64,000 bases of DNA from Candidatus Fimenecus excrementigallinarum (GTDB lineage: Bacteria; Bacillota; Clostridia; Oscillospirales; Acutalibacteraceae), in the NCBI GenBank assembly GCA_018714805.1, contig DVMW01000030.1, forward strand, positions 1,590 to 65,589, read 5' to 3'. The notes under the pieces were generated by a model that made no database searches, was not told the DNA's origin, and was given only the letters and a program-made list of their open reading frames with translations. Position numbers and translations under genes: made by a program. How positions within the stretch are numbered: position 1 is the stretch's first letter; the number at the start of each line of letters is the position of its first letter. Below are positions 1 through 9,382 of the stretch, in pieces.

Positions 1-204
1 TATAAACCAATCGACCCATCCCCCTTTTTTAGCGCCCGTGCGCCGGACTTCTGTTCATACGATACCACATCTTGCACCGCAAAACAATATGCTCGCAGCA
101 AACAGTTTGCAGGATATTTTTACAAAATGCGGCGCGTTTGGCTGTCGCCTGCCCGCGCGCGGGGGCGGGGGAACGGCCGCCTGCGCAGGAATTTTGCAAA
201 ACGC

Positions 205-233
205 TTGAAATCCGCAGGGAATTTCAGTATAAT
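205..233 (+). promoter_or_regulatory. candidate sigma-A promoter of the glycan locus
   Basis: TTGAAA 205-210, 17-nt spacer, TATAAT 228-233. AAGGAG RBS 288-293 precedes ATG 301. Confidence 0.5.
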
Positions 234-300
234 ACAATCGGAATTTTAGAAAGCAAAGCGGCCGCGGCGGCGCGGCTTTGCAAAAAAAAGGAGCAAAACT

Positions 301-1290
301 ATGGCAAACAAAGTACTGGTCACGGGGGCGGACGGCTTTATCGGCAGCCACCTGACGGAAGAACTTGTCAAGCAGGGCAAACGCGTCAAGGCGTTCGTGT
401 ATTATAATTCCTTCAATTCCTGGGGTTGGATTGACTCGCTGCCCAAAGAGATTCGGGACGAGATTGAGATTTTTGCCGGCGACATCCGCGACCCCAACGG
501 GGTGCGCGAGGCCATGACGGGCGTGGACACGGTGTTCCACCTGGCGGCGCTTATCGCCATTCCCTTCAGCTACCACTCGCCGGACTCCTATGTGGACACA
601 AACATCAAGGGCACGCTCAACGTCCTGCAGGCGGCGCGCCAGCTCGAGACGCGGCGCGTGCTTGTGACCTCTACGTCCGAGGTGTACGGCACGGCGCAGT
701 ATGTGCCGATTGACGAAAAGCACCCGTACCAGGGGCAGTCCCCGTATTCCGCGACCAAGATTGGCGCGGACCGCCTGGCTGAAAGCTTCTACCGCAGCTT
801 CAACCTGCCCGTGACCATCGTGCGGCCCTTTAACACCTACGGCCCGCGGCAGTCGGCGCGCGCGGTTATCCCGACCATCATCACCCAGCTGCTCTCCGGC
901 AAGGAGGAAATCAAGCTCGGCTCGCTGACGCCGACGCGGGATTTCAATTACGTCAAAGACACCGCCAACGGCTTTATTACGCTGTCGGAGGCGGACAACG
1001 TCATCGGCGAGGAGATTAACATCGCGACCCAGCAGGAAATTTCCATCGGCGAGCTTGCCAACGAGATTATTGCGCAGATTAATCCGAACGCGCGCATCCT
1101 CTGCGAGGAGGAGCGCCTGCGCCCCGAAAAAAGCGAGGTCAACCGGCTGCTCGGCAGCAACGAAAAGATTCGCCGCTTGACGTCCTGGGCGCCGAAATAT
1201 ACGTTTGCCGAGGGCATCCGCGAAACGATTGCCTGGTTTAAAGAGGGCAACCATATGGCGAGCTACAAGGCGGATATTTATAACGTATAA
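301..1290 (+). CDS. legB: NAD-dependent nucleotide-GlcNAc 4,6-dehydratase, LegB-like (extended SDR)
   Basis: ORF track, 329 aa. GADGFIGSH Rossmann motif and YSATK (YxxxK). The strings SARAVIPTIITQ and C-terminal YKADIYNV match what I recall from Campylobacter LegB-type dehydratases. First gene of the NulO cluster. Confidence 0.8.
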   Translation: MANKVLVTGADGFIGSHLTEELVKQGKRVKAFVYYNSFNSWGWIDSLPKEIRDEIEIFAGDIRDPNGVREAMTGVDTVFHLAALIAIPFSYHSPDSYVDTNIKGTLNVLQAARQLETRRVLVTSTSEVYGTAQYVPIDEKHPYQGQSPYSATKIGADRLAESFYRSFNLPVTIVRPFNTYGPRQSARAVIPTIITQLLSGKEEIKLGSLTPTRDFNYVKDTANGFITLSEADNVIGEEINIATQQEISIGELANEIIAQINPNARILCEEERLRPEKSEVNRLLGSNEKIRRLTSWAPKYTFAEGIRETIAWFKEGNHMASYKADIYNV

Positions 1291-1371
1291 GCGGGCGGCC
1301 GGGCTTTATGCCGGGCCGCAAGGCGATTTCAGAAAGGTGGGAAGGGGAAACGCGCGCCGTTTCCCCGCGTT

Positions 1372-2508
1372 ATGAGCAAATTTATTCCGTTGTCTGTGCC
1401 GAACCTCTGCGGCAACGAGGCGGCCTACTGCCAAAAGGCGATTGCGAGCGAATGGGTCTCCACGGGCGGCGCGTATATTACGGAGTTTGAAGAAAAAATC
1501 GCGGCCTATGTCGGCACGCCGGGCGCCGTCGCCTGCCAGAGCGGTACGGCGGGGCTGCATTTGGCGCTGCTTTCGTGCGGCGTCGGACAAAACGACGAGG
1601 TGCTTGTGCCGACGCTGACCTTCATCGCCGCCGTCAACCCCGTGAAATACGTCGGCGCCGAGCCGGTGTTCATGGACTGCGACGATACGCTGTGCATGGA
1701 TATGCAGAAGGTCGAGCGCTTCTGCGAAACCGAATGTGCAATGACGCCCGAAGGCCTTTTGGACAAGGCCACCGGGCGGTACGTCCGCGCCATGCTTGTC
1801 GTGCACGTGTTCGGCAACCTTGCCGACCTCGACAAGGCCGCGGCGCTCGCCGAAAAATATGATTTGGCCTTGATTGAGGACGCGACCGAGGCCCTGGGCA
1901 GCCGGTATTTGTCCGGCCGCTTTGCCGGGCGCTTTGCCGGCACCGTGGGCAAGGTCGGCGTCTACTCCTTCAACGGCAACAAAATCATCACGACCGGCGG
2001 TGGCGGGATGCTTGTCTCCGGGGACGAGGCGATTTTGCGCGAGGCGAAATACCTTTCGACCCAGGCCAAGGACGACACGCTGTATTTTGTCCACAACCAC
2101 ATCGGCTACAATTACCGCATGACGAACCTGCAGGCGGCGCTGGGCCTTGCGCAGCTGGAAAAGCTGGAGGATTTTATCCGCGTCAAGGCGGAAAACTACC
2201 GGGCGTATTTTGAAAACGGCATCGAGCTTTTGCCGTTCCGGGACGACATCCGCACGAACCACTGGTTCTACAGCTTCATGACGGACCGCCGCGACGAGCT
2301 TATCCGCGCGCTGTCCGAGCGCTCCATTCAGTCGCGCCCGGTCTGGCACCTCATAGCCGACCTGCCGCCCTACCAAAACTGCCGCGCATATGAGATTGCG
2401 CGCGCAAAATACTACTGGCAGCACATCGTCAACCTGCCGTGCAGCACCAACCTGACGAAGGAAGACGTCGCCGTGGTCGCAAAAGCGGTCCACGACATCT
2501 TAAAATAA
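1372..2508 (+). CDS. legC: DegT/DnrJ/EryC1-family PLP aminotransferase, LegC-like
   Basis: ORF track, 378 aa. Sugar aminotransferase pattern including the SFNGNK lysine block. Directly follows the dehydratase gene. Confidence 0.8.
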   Translation: MSKFIPLSVPNLCGNEAAYCQKAIASEWVSTGGAYITEFEEKIAAYVGTPGAVACQSGTAGLHLALLSCGVGQNDEVLVPTLTFIAAVNPVKYVGAEPVFMDCDDTLCMDMQKVERFCETECAMTPEGLLDKATGRYVRAMLVVHVFGNLADLDKAAALAEKYDLALIEDATEALGSRYLSGRFAGRFAGTVGKVGVYSFNGNKIITTGGGGMLVSGDEAILREAKYLSTQAKDDTLYFVHNHIGYNYRMTNLQAALGLAQLEKLEDFIRVKAENYRAYFENGIELLPFRDDIRTNHWFYSFMTDRRDELIRALSERSIQSRPVWHLIADLPPYQNCRAYEIARAKYYWQHIVNLPCSTNLTKEDVAVVAKAVHDILK

Positions 2509-2520
2509 ACGAGGTACGCT

Positions 2521-3570
2521 ATGGAGTTTGCGAAGTTTGTCGTTTCTCCCGACGTGACCGTCCTGCAGGCGATGGACGCCATCAACCGAAACGGCCGCGG
2601 GATAGTATACGTCTGCGACGCGCAAAAACGGCTGCTCGGCTGTGTGACGGACGGCGACGTCCGCCGGCACATCCTGCAAAACCTGCCGCTGTCGGCGCCG
2701 GTGCGCGACGCCATGAACCCGGAGCCCAAAAGCCTGTCGGTTGACCGGGCGGCCTCGGCGCATGAATTCATGCTCGAGCGCCACATTACCTCCGTGCCGC
2801 TTCTGGACCGGCACGGCTGCCTTGCCGGCGTGGATTTTCTCAACGCGCAGCAGGTGCACAAGCCCGAGCATCTCGACCTCCCCGTCGTGATTATGGCGGG
2901 CGGCAAGGGCACGCGGCTGTATCCGTACACCAAGGTGCTGCCCAAGCCCCTTATCCCGGTCGGCGACAAGACCATCATTGAGCTTATCATGGAGAAGTTT
3001 GAAAGCTTCGGCTGCGACCGGTTCAATGTCATTGTGAATTACAAGCGCAACATCATCAAATCCTTCTTTATGGACAGCGAGCAGGCGCACCGCGTGACCT
3101 TTACCGACGAGTACGAGTTTATGGGCACGGGCGGGGGGCTGAGGCTGCTCGAGGGGCAGTATGACGGCACGTTTTTCATGACGAACTGCGACGTGCTGCT
3201 CGAGGAGGATTACGGCGAGATTGTCCGGTACCACCGCGCGCAGCACAACATCCTGACCATGGTCTGCGCCATGAAAAACGTCTCCATTCCCTACGGCACG
3301 GTGGAGCTGCACGAGGACGGCAGCGTGGCGCGGCTGACGGAAAAGCCGAGCTTTTCCTTCCTGACGAACACCGGCATTTACCTGATTGAGCCGAAATTTC
3401 TGGAGTATATCCCGAAGGACCAGTTCATCCACATCACCGACGTCATTACCCGCTGCATTGAAGCGGGCGAGCACGTCGGCGCCTATCCCGTCGGGGAGCA
3501 GGCGTGGATGGATATGGGCGAGCTGCAGGAGCTCGAAAAAATGCGAAAGCGGTTGACGGATGATGGCTGA
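2521..3570 (+). CDS. CBS-pair plus sugar-1-phosphate nucleotidyltransferase (PtmE-like)
   Basis: ORF track, 349 aa. N-terminal CBS-type region of about 115 aa, then VVIMAGGKGTRLYPYTKVLPKPL (GxGTRL nucleotidyltransferase signature). Same architecture as Campylobacter PtmE, as recalled. Confidence 0.8.
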   Translation: MEFAKFVVSPDVTVLQAMDAINRNGRGIVYVCDAQKRLLGCVTDGDVRRHILQNLPLSAPVRDAMNPEPKSLSVDRAASAHEFMLERHITSVPLLDRHGCLAGVDFLNAQQVHKPEHLDLPVVIMAGGKGTRLYPYTKVLPKPLIPVGDKTIIELIMEKFESFGCDRFNVIVNYKRNIIKSFFMDSEQAHRVTFTDEYEFMGTGGGLRLLEGQYDGTFFMTNCDVLLEEDYGEIVRYHRAQHNILTMVCAMKNVSIPYGTVELHEDGSVARLTEKPSFSFLTNTGIYLIEPKFLEYIPKDQFIHITDVITRCIEAGEHVGAYPVGEQAWMDMGELQELEKMRKRLTDDG

Positions 3571-4225
3571 CGGATTGCTGCTGTTGGGCGGCGGCGGGCA
3601 CTGCTGTGCGGTGCTCGATTCGCTTTTGTCCGACCCGAACTGCCCTTACGGCAAAATCGCGGTGGTTGACGCGCCGCAAAAGCGCGGCGGGGAGCTGTTC
3701 CCCGGCGTGCCGTTTGTCGGGTCGGACGACGACCTGCCCCGCCTTCGCGCGGCGGGCTTTGCGTTTGCCTTTGTGACCGTCGGCAGCGTCGGCGACCCGT
3801 CGGCGCGCATCCGCCTGACGCAAACGGCCGAGCGGTATGGGTATGCCGTCCCGACCATTGTGGACCCGACCGCGGTCGTCGGCAAAAACGTGCGGCTCGG
3901 TTCCGGCGTCTATGTCGGCAAGCGCGCCGTGCTCAATTTCGGCTGCACGGTGGGCGACGGTTCGATTTTGAACACCGGCTGTATTGTGGAGCACCAGTGC
4001 GCCGTGGGCAGCTTCTGCCACATTGCGCCGGGCGCGGTGCTGTGCGGCGGCGTCCGCGTCGGCGACGGCGCGCATATCGGCGCGGGCAGCACGGTCCTGC
4101 AGGGCGTTTGCATCGGCGCGGGCGCGCTTGTCGGCCTTGGCAGCGCCGTCGTGCGCGATATTCCCGACTGCACGGTCGCTTACGGCAATCCCTGTACGCC
4201 CCGGCGGACGTCCCGCGCGGACTGA
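3560..4225 (+). CDS. hexapeptide-repeat sugar N-acetyltransferase, NeuD/PglD/LegH family
   Basis: ORF track, 221 aa. The ATG overlaps the upstream stop by 11 nt. LLLLGGGGHC N-terminal domain followed by left-handed beta-helix repeats (IGAGSTV, VGLGSAV). Confidence 0.75.
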   Translation: MMADGLLLLGGGGHCCAVLDSLLSDPNCPYGKIAVVDAPQKRGGELFPGVPFVGSDDDLPRLRAAGFAFAFVTVGSVGDPSARIRLTQTAERYGYAVPTIVDPTAVVGKNVRLGSGVYVGKRAVLNFGCTVGDGSILNTGCIVEHQCAVGSFCHIAPGAVLCGGVRVGDGAHIGAGSTVLQGVCIGAGALVGLGSAVVRDIPDCTVAYGNPCTPRRTSRAD

Positions 4226-4256
4226 CGCACGCGGCCAACCGAATTGGAGGGTTTTC

Positions 4257-5255
4257 ATGCAACCTTTGCTGAGCATTATTGTCCCGGCATATAATGTGGA
4301 AAAATATCTGGCGCAATGCCTGGATTCCGTTGTCCGGCAGGACAACGGGAAGCTGGAGATTGTCTTGGTCAACGACGGCTCTACCGACGGCACAGAGGCG
4401 GTTTGCCAAGCGTATGCGCAGCGCTATCCGTTTATCCGTGCCTTTTCGCAGGAAAACCTGGGCCTTTCCGCCGCGCGCAATTTCGGCATCCGCCGCGCCG
4501 CGGGGCAATACCTCAACTTCCTGGACAGCGACGACCTGCTGCCGGACGGCGCCGTCGCGGCGATTTGCGCCGCGCTGGAAGCTAAACTGCCGGACGTGCT
4601 TGTCGGGCTGTATGAACGGCTGGAGGAGGCGACCGGCGCGCGCACGCCCTGCGGGTACCGCCTGGAAAAGGAACAGGTGGATACGCTGCGCGGTGAGGCG
4701 CTGCTCAGGTACCTGATGACCGGCCGGGTCTACGACTGGTACGCGTGGCTCGTCACGGTTTCTGCCGCGTATCTGCGGCGGACGGACGCGTATTTTTGCG
4801 AGGGCGTGTATTTTGAAGACGCCCGCTGGACGCCGGGGGTGCTTCTGCGCGCCGGCTCGGTCCTGTATTTGGACGAGCCCCTGTACGTGTACCGGTGCGG
4901 GCGTGCCGGTTCCATTACGGCCACCTTTTCGGAAAAAGCGTTCGTCAACAAGCTCGAGCTGTTCTCCTTCTTTGAACAGTTTGCCGAGGCCGAGCAGCTG
5001 TCCGAGCAAACCAAGCGTCTTTTGTATACCAACATTTCGAACTCCTATGTTTCGATTTTGTTTGACAGCTGGGCGTTCCCGAAGGCCCGCCGCAAAGCGT
5101 ATCTGGAAAAAATGCGGCCGTATAAATTCATTTTGGCTTCTTCGCCGCGCGCGTATCACCGCCTGCTGGACAAGCTCTGGAGCGTCTTCGGGCTCACGTT
5201 TGTGTCTTTCCTGCTGCACCTGCGTGCAAAATGGGTCAGGAAGCGGATGCGGTAA
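4257..5255 (+). CDS. family 2 glycosyltransferase
   Basis: Internal ATG 4257 of ORF 3984-5255, with GGAGG at 4246-4250. SIIVPAYNVEKYL, VLVNDGSTDGT and LDSDD are GT-A/GT2 hallmarks. The 91 upstream codons overlap the acetyltransferase gene and are rejected. Confidence 0.8.
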   Translation: MQPLLSIIVPAYNVEKYLAQCLDSVVRQDNGKLEIVLVNDGSTDGTEAVCQAYAQRYPFIRAFSQENLGLSAARNFGIRRAAGQYLNFLDSDDLLPDGAVAAICAALEAKLPDVLVGLYERLEEATGARTPCGYRLEKEQVDTLRGEALLRYLMTGRVYDWYAWLVTVSAAYLRRTDAYFCEGVYFEDARWTPGVLLRAGSVLYLDEPLYVYRCGRAGSITATFSEKAFVNKLELFSFFEQFAEAEQLSEQTKRLLYTNISNSYVSILFDSWAFPKARRKAYLEKMRPYKFILASSPRAYHRLLDKLWSVFGLTFVSFLLHLRAKWVRKRMR

Positions 5256-5299
5256 CGCCGCCTTGGCGGCCGTTTCCTGCAAGAAAGGGTAAGGTTTTT

Positions 5300-7867
5300 A
5301 TGGGTAAGATAGAGCGATGGCTGGAAGGCCACCGGCTGACGGCTTTCTTTTTGAACCGCGATGCCTTCACGCTGATTTATGCGACGGTCTGCATCCTGTG
5401 GTTTTTTCCGCTGCTCGGGCGGGTTATGGACCCCGTCTCCAAGCTTTGCTTTATTTGGGGCGCGGCGCTGATTTTATGGGATTTCCTGACCCGGCGGCGG
5501 ATGTTCCGCTCGGTCTACTGGGCCCTGCCGCTTTTGCTCATCGCCGCCTTCGGGGTTACGATTCTCGTCAACATACGCCTGAACCTGTACATGGGCGTGA
5601 AACATATGGTCTACCTCGGCATCAGTCTGCTGCTTTTGTACGGGCAGGACCGCACGCGCAAGGCGGCCGATTTCCAAAAGCTGCTGCGCCGGCTCAACAA
5701 CGTGATAATCGGTGTTTCCTTTGTCGCGGCGCTGGTTTCCATCCTGATGTTCGTTTTCCAGATTTCGTTTGAGTTCCAGTCCGGCGACATCACGCAGCGG
5801 CAGGGCTTCCTGGAAAACCGCCTGTTCGGCGTGTATACAAGCCCCAACACCGGCGCGCTGTTCGTGGTTTTTTCGCTGGCGGCCACGCTGCTCAACGGGC
5901 TGCTCGCAAACGGCGGCAGGCTTCGGCTGCACTGGTTCTCCGTTGTCAATCTGGTGGTCCAGGGCATCTATTTTTCCCTCACGCTTTCGAACGGCGGCTT
6001 TTTGACGTATATCGCGTTCATGGTGCTGTTCGTCGCCGCGTATCTGTTCCCCAACGTCCTGAAAAAGAAGGGCGCGGGGAAGGCGGTCCTTTCCGCGCTG
6101 CTGGCGCTGGTGCTGCTTTGCGGCGGCACGTCCGTGCTCATGCTCGGCGTGCGCCGGGGTATGTCCTACATCCCGTCGCTTGTGGCGCACGTCCGGCAGC
6201 AGAGCGGGGAGGGTTCGGACGTGCCGGAGGAGGATGACGACCCCATTGCGTTTGAGCGGATTGAATCGGGCGACGATACCTCCAACGGCCGCTTCACCAT
6301 CTGGAGCGGCGGCATAAAGGCGTGGCTGCAGCAGCCGCTGTTCGGCTATGCGAATATGTGGGTCTCCGAGGGCGATACGCTGCCCTTTGAGACGGATACC
6401 TTTACCGAGGAAGAAAACACCTGGCTTTACAAGCACGCCGGCAATCTGCACAACGCGTACGTCCAGATTCTGGTCTACAGCGGCGCGGTCGGCATGGCGC
6501 TGTTTTTGGTGTTCGGCTGCCTGCTGTTCAAAAAGATTCTCCTGGCGCTTGTGCGCGGGCAAAAGGGGACGCAGTATTACGGCGTCCTCGCGGTTCTGCT
6601 CGCCATCATCGGCGCCGCCGCCGCCAACGGCATGGTGGAGGCGCACCTGCTGTACACGCGGCAGGACCCCTACGGCGCGCTGTTCTGGATTTATCTGGGC
6701 ATAGCGGCGGTGCTCGCCGACCGCAGCCGGTACGAAAACGCCGACCCCAAAACGCAGAAAACGGACGGCGCGCGCTTTGCCATGCTCGCGGACACGCCGT
6801 TCCAGACGATGAACTGCTGCAACTTTGTGCTGCAAAACGTGGCGGAAAGCGCGGGCAGCGCCGACCTGTATATTTACCACCAGTTCCGCGGCTCGCATGA
6901 GCTGGCCGAGCGCGCGCGGCAAAGCGGCGTGTTCCAGAACGTATACGACATCGAGCCGTACCGGAAATACCCCTCGCTTGTGCAGAAATTCGCGACCATC
7001 TTCCGGCTGTTTTTGCCGGAGCGCGCCGTTGAGCACATCTGCACGGAAAAGCTGCGCCTTGCGCGCAAGCGGTACGAAAAAATCTGCATCAGCTTCCCGA
7101 CGACCTTTACGCTGGGTATGCACTGGGCGTTTCAGTCCGCGGAGGTGTACCATTTGGAGGACGGGCTCGGCTCCTACGGCGGGAACATCACGACCGACTA
7201 TACCACGGGGCTGTATCAGCTTATCAACCGCTTCCTGTACCACGGCGAAATGGACATGAACCCCGCGGTCTGCTATCTGTCCGCACCGGATTTTTCCAAG
7301 AACACCATCGGCGGCGAGGTGCGCCGCCTGCCCGCCATGCAGGCCGGAAAAGGGCTTGAGACGATTGAGCGGATTTTCGGCTACCGCGCCAACGACCTGT
7401 ACCGCGGCCGCGTCGTCTATCTGTCGCAGCCGCTGTCCGAGCGGCCGATTTACCATGCGGAATGGGACGCGCAGATTGTGCAGGCGCTGCAAAAGTACCT
7501 GCCCGACCGCACGGTGGTGCGCTTGCACCCGCGGCAGAAGGATTTGGACGTCGGCAGCCTGCAAAGGGATACGTTCGGGAACCTGTGGGAGCTCGAATGC
7601 GTCCACCAGATTACGGAGGAAAACGTCCTTGTCAGCGCGTTTTCCACCGCGCAGTTCATGCCCAAAATCATGTGCGACCGCGAGCCCGCCGTTCTGTTTA
7701 CCTACCGGCTGGTGTTCGACAGCCTCGACGACCCGTTCTTAAAGGATTTTGCGGCGTTGATTGCGGATTTCAAAAAGCTCTATCGCCATCCGGAGCGCAT
7801 TTACGTGCCGGAGACGTTTGCACAGCTGGAGGCGATTTTGCAGTCGCTGCGCACAGAAAAAGCGTAA
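5300..7867 (+). CDS. fusion protein: Wzy/O-antigen-ligase-like polytopic membrane domain plus C-terminal sialyltransferase-like (GT52-like) domain
   Basis: Internal ATG 5300 of ORF 5231-7867 (855 aa). The N-terminal ~490 aa hold many hydrophobic helices and the block GNLHNAYVQILVYSGAVGMALF. The C-terminal ~350 aa are soluble and carry TPFQ, EDG (7157-7165) and HPRQ (7526-7537). Confidence 0.65.
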   Translation: MGKIERWLEGHRLTAFFLNRDAFTLIYATVCILWFFPLLGRVMDPVSKLCFIWGAALILWDFLTRRRMFRSVYWALPLLLIAAFGVTILVNIRLNLYMGVKHMVYLGISLLLLYGQDRTRKAADFQKLLRRLNNVIIGVSFVAALVSILMFVFQISFEFQSGDITQRQGFLENRLFGVYTSPNTGALFVVFSLAATLLNGLLANGGRLRLHWFSVVNLVVQGIYFSLTLSNGGFLTYIAFMVLFVAAYLFPNVLKKKGAGKAVLSALLALVLLCGGTSVLMLGVRRGMSYIPSLVAHVRQQSGEGSDVPEEDDDPIAFERIESGDDTSNGRFTIWSGGIKAWLQQPLFGYANMWVSEGDTLPFETDTFTEEENTWLYKHAGNLHNAYVQILVYSGAVGMALFLVFGCLLFKKILLALVRGQKGTQYYGVLAVLLAIIGAAAANGMVEAHLLYTRQDPYGALFWIYLGIAAVLADRSRYENADPKTQKTDGARFAMLADTPFQTMNCCNFVLQNVAESAGSADLYIYHQFRGSHELAERARQSGVFQNVYDIEPYRKYPSLVQKFATIFRLFLPERAVEHICTEKLRLARKRYEKICISFPTTFTLGMHWAFQSAEVYHLEDGLGSYGGNITTDYTTGLYQLINRFLYHGEMDMNPAVCYLSAPDFSKNTIGGEVRRLPAMQAGKGLETIERIFGYRANDLYRGRVVYLSQPLSERPIYHAEWDAQIVQALQKYLPDRTVVRLHPRQKDLDVGSLQRDTFGNLWELECVHQITEENVLVSAFSTAQFMPKIMCDREPAVLFTYRLVFDSLDDPFLKDFAALIADFKKLYRHPERIYVPETFAQLEAILQSLRTEKA

Positions 7868-7912
7868 GCCGCTTTTTGGCGTATTGTTTCGAAAGGGGTG
7901 TGAGGACCGGCG

Positions 7913-9346
7913 ATGGCAAAGCCCTCCGTGAGCCTTAAAAAGCTGCTGCTCGGAAAAAGCGCAAACCAGCTTGCGTTTTTCAATATTCTGGGGCCCGTTA
8001 TCTTAAACGGCGTCAACTTTTTCACCGTGCCGATTTTCACCCGGCTGCTCGGCGCGGAAAATTACGGCATCATCTCGCTGTATACGACCTGGGTGCAGAT
8101 TTTGACCATCCTCATGGGGCTGCAAACCTGCAGCACCATTTCGACGGCGCGCGTGCACATCCCCGAAAAGGAGCACAACGCCTATTATTCCAGCATCCTC
8201 TCGCTGTCGTGCCTGGTTTCGGCGGTCTTTACGGCGGTTATTGTGGCCTTTATCGGGCCCATTTCCGCCTTCCTGCAATTTGACAAGCTTATCGTGCTTT
8301 TGATGTTCGCGCAAAGCTTCGGCGCCTATGTGGTCAGCTTTGCGAGCATGAAGTTTATCCACCACAAGCAGGCGCACCTCAATTTCCTCGTGTCCGTCGG
8401 CGTCACGCTATTGTCCATTGGGATTGCGCTGGCGATTATCAGCGCTACAGACCGCTTCGAGGACCGCTACTGGGGCCGCATCATCGGGTATGTCGTGCCG
8501 AATGTCGGCATCGGGCTTGTGCTTGCCGTCCTGATTTTTGCCCGGGGCAAAACGGGGTATTCCAAAAAATACTGGCGGTTCTGCCTGCCGCTTTGCCTGC
8601 CGCTTGTGCTGCACAGCCTGTCGCAGATTATTTTGGCGCAGTCCGACAAGGTCATGCTGCAAAAGCTGCTCAGCGACAACGCCGCGGTCGGCATTTACAG
8701 CTTTGTGTTCAACTTCGTCCACATCCTGAACGTCATTTACAGCGCGCTCAACAACACCTGGGTGCCGCTTTACTACGACCATATGAAAAACGGCGAGGAC
8801 GCCGACATCCAGCGCCGCAGCAAGAATTACATCGCGCTGTACGCCGTGCTGACCATGGGCTTCATGCTTCTGTCGCCCGAGGTCATTAAGCTGTTCGCCT
8901 CCGAGGAATTCTGGTCGGGCACCACGCTTGTCCCCGTCATGGCCGTTTCCTTTTACATGGTCTTTCTTTACAGCTTCCCGGTCAATTTTGAATTTTACCA
9001 CAAGCAGACGCGCGTGATTGCCTTCGGGACCTGCATGGCGGCGCTCGTCAACATCGTCGCCAACTACTTCATGATTCCCGTCTGGGGCATTTTCGGCGCC
9101 GCGCTTGCAACGATGCTCTCGTACATCATGCTGTTCGTGTTCCATCAGATTATGGCGAAATACGTGGTGAAGGAAGCGGCGTACCACTACAAGCTGCGTA
9201 TTTTCCTGCCCGGGCTTATCGCGGTGTGCGCCGTCGGGGGGCTTTTCTATCCGCTGCTCGATTTCTGGTACATCCGCTGGGGCCTCGGCGCTGCGATGGG
9301 CGTGTATATGCTCGTGCGGCTCTATAAGCAGAAAAGCATTTTTTAA
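7913..9346 (+). CDS. wzx: Wzx-type oligosaccharide flippase (MOP superfamily polysaccharide biosynthesis protein)
   Basis: ORF track, 477 aa. Highly hydrophobic throughout with roughly 12-14 helices. Located inside the glycan locus. Confidence 0.75.
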   Translation: MAKPSVSLKKLLLGKSANQLAFFNILGPVILNGVNFFTVPIFTRLLGAENYGIISLYTTWVQILTILMGLQTCSTISTARVHIPEKEHNAYYSSILSLSCLVSAVFTAVIVAFIGPISAFLQFDKLIVLLMFAQSFGAYVVSFASMKFIHHKQAHLNFLVSVGVTLLSIGIALAIISATDRFEDRYWGRIIGYVVPNVGIGLVLAVLIFARGKTGYSKKYWRFCLPLCLPLVLHSLSQIILAQSDKVMLQKLLSDNAAVGIYSFVFNFVHILNVIYSALNNTWVPLYYDHMKNGEDADIQRRSKNYIALYAVLTMGFMLLSPEVIKLFASEEFWSGTTLVPVMAVSFYMVFLYSFPVNFEFYHKQTRVIAFGTCMAALVNIVANYFMIPVWGIFGAALATMLSYIMLFVFHQIMAKYVVKEAAYHYKLRIFLPGLIAVCAVGGLFYPLLDFWYIRWGLGAAMGVYMLVRLYKQKSIF

Positions 9347-9382
9347 CGCAAGCGCAATCGTGCCAAAAAGGAGTGTGGCGTT

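Noticed and set aside
1-204. A possible gene end, terminator or regulatory RNA at the left edge (CCCCCTTTTTT at about 21-31 and a GC-rich hairpin at 253-281 in the legB leader).
   Set aside because: Too little sequence is available upstream of position 1 to pair the T-run with a stem. The leader hairpin has mismatches and no recognisable riboswitch core. Neither is callable.
3984-4256. N-terminal extensions of track ORFs. Examples are 3984-5255, 10356-11450, 16120-17919, 20171-21931, 28523-29578, 34977-35891, 39186-39704, 39547-40341, 42690-43595 and 42893-44233.
   Set aside because: The extensions overlap the preceding gene or are Arg/Pro-rich. In each case an internal ATG/GTG/TTG with a Shine-Dalgarno sequence starts exactly where family similarity begins, so I used the internal starts.
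5474-7606. A 710-aa minus-strand ORF. Similar long antisense ORFs occur at 55-1254, 1306-2493, 3933-5282, 8408-10177, 10194-11399, 21921-23366, 24049-25404, 26049-27110, 35575-37338, 44663-46075 and 47135-48811.
   Set aside because: Each lies entirely opposite a gene with clear family signatures and a good RBS. The compositions are Arg/Ala/Gly/Pro-rich, and none has a recognisable domain or RBS. I treat them as G+C artefacts.
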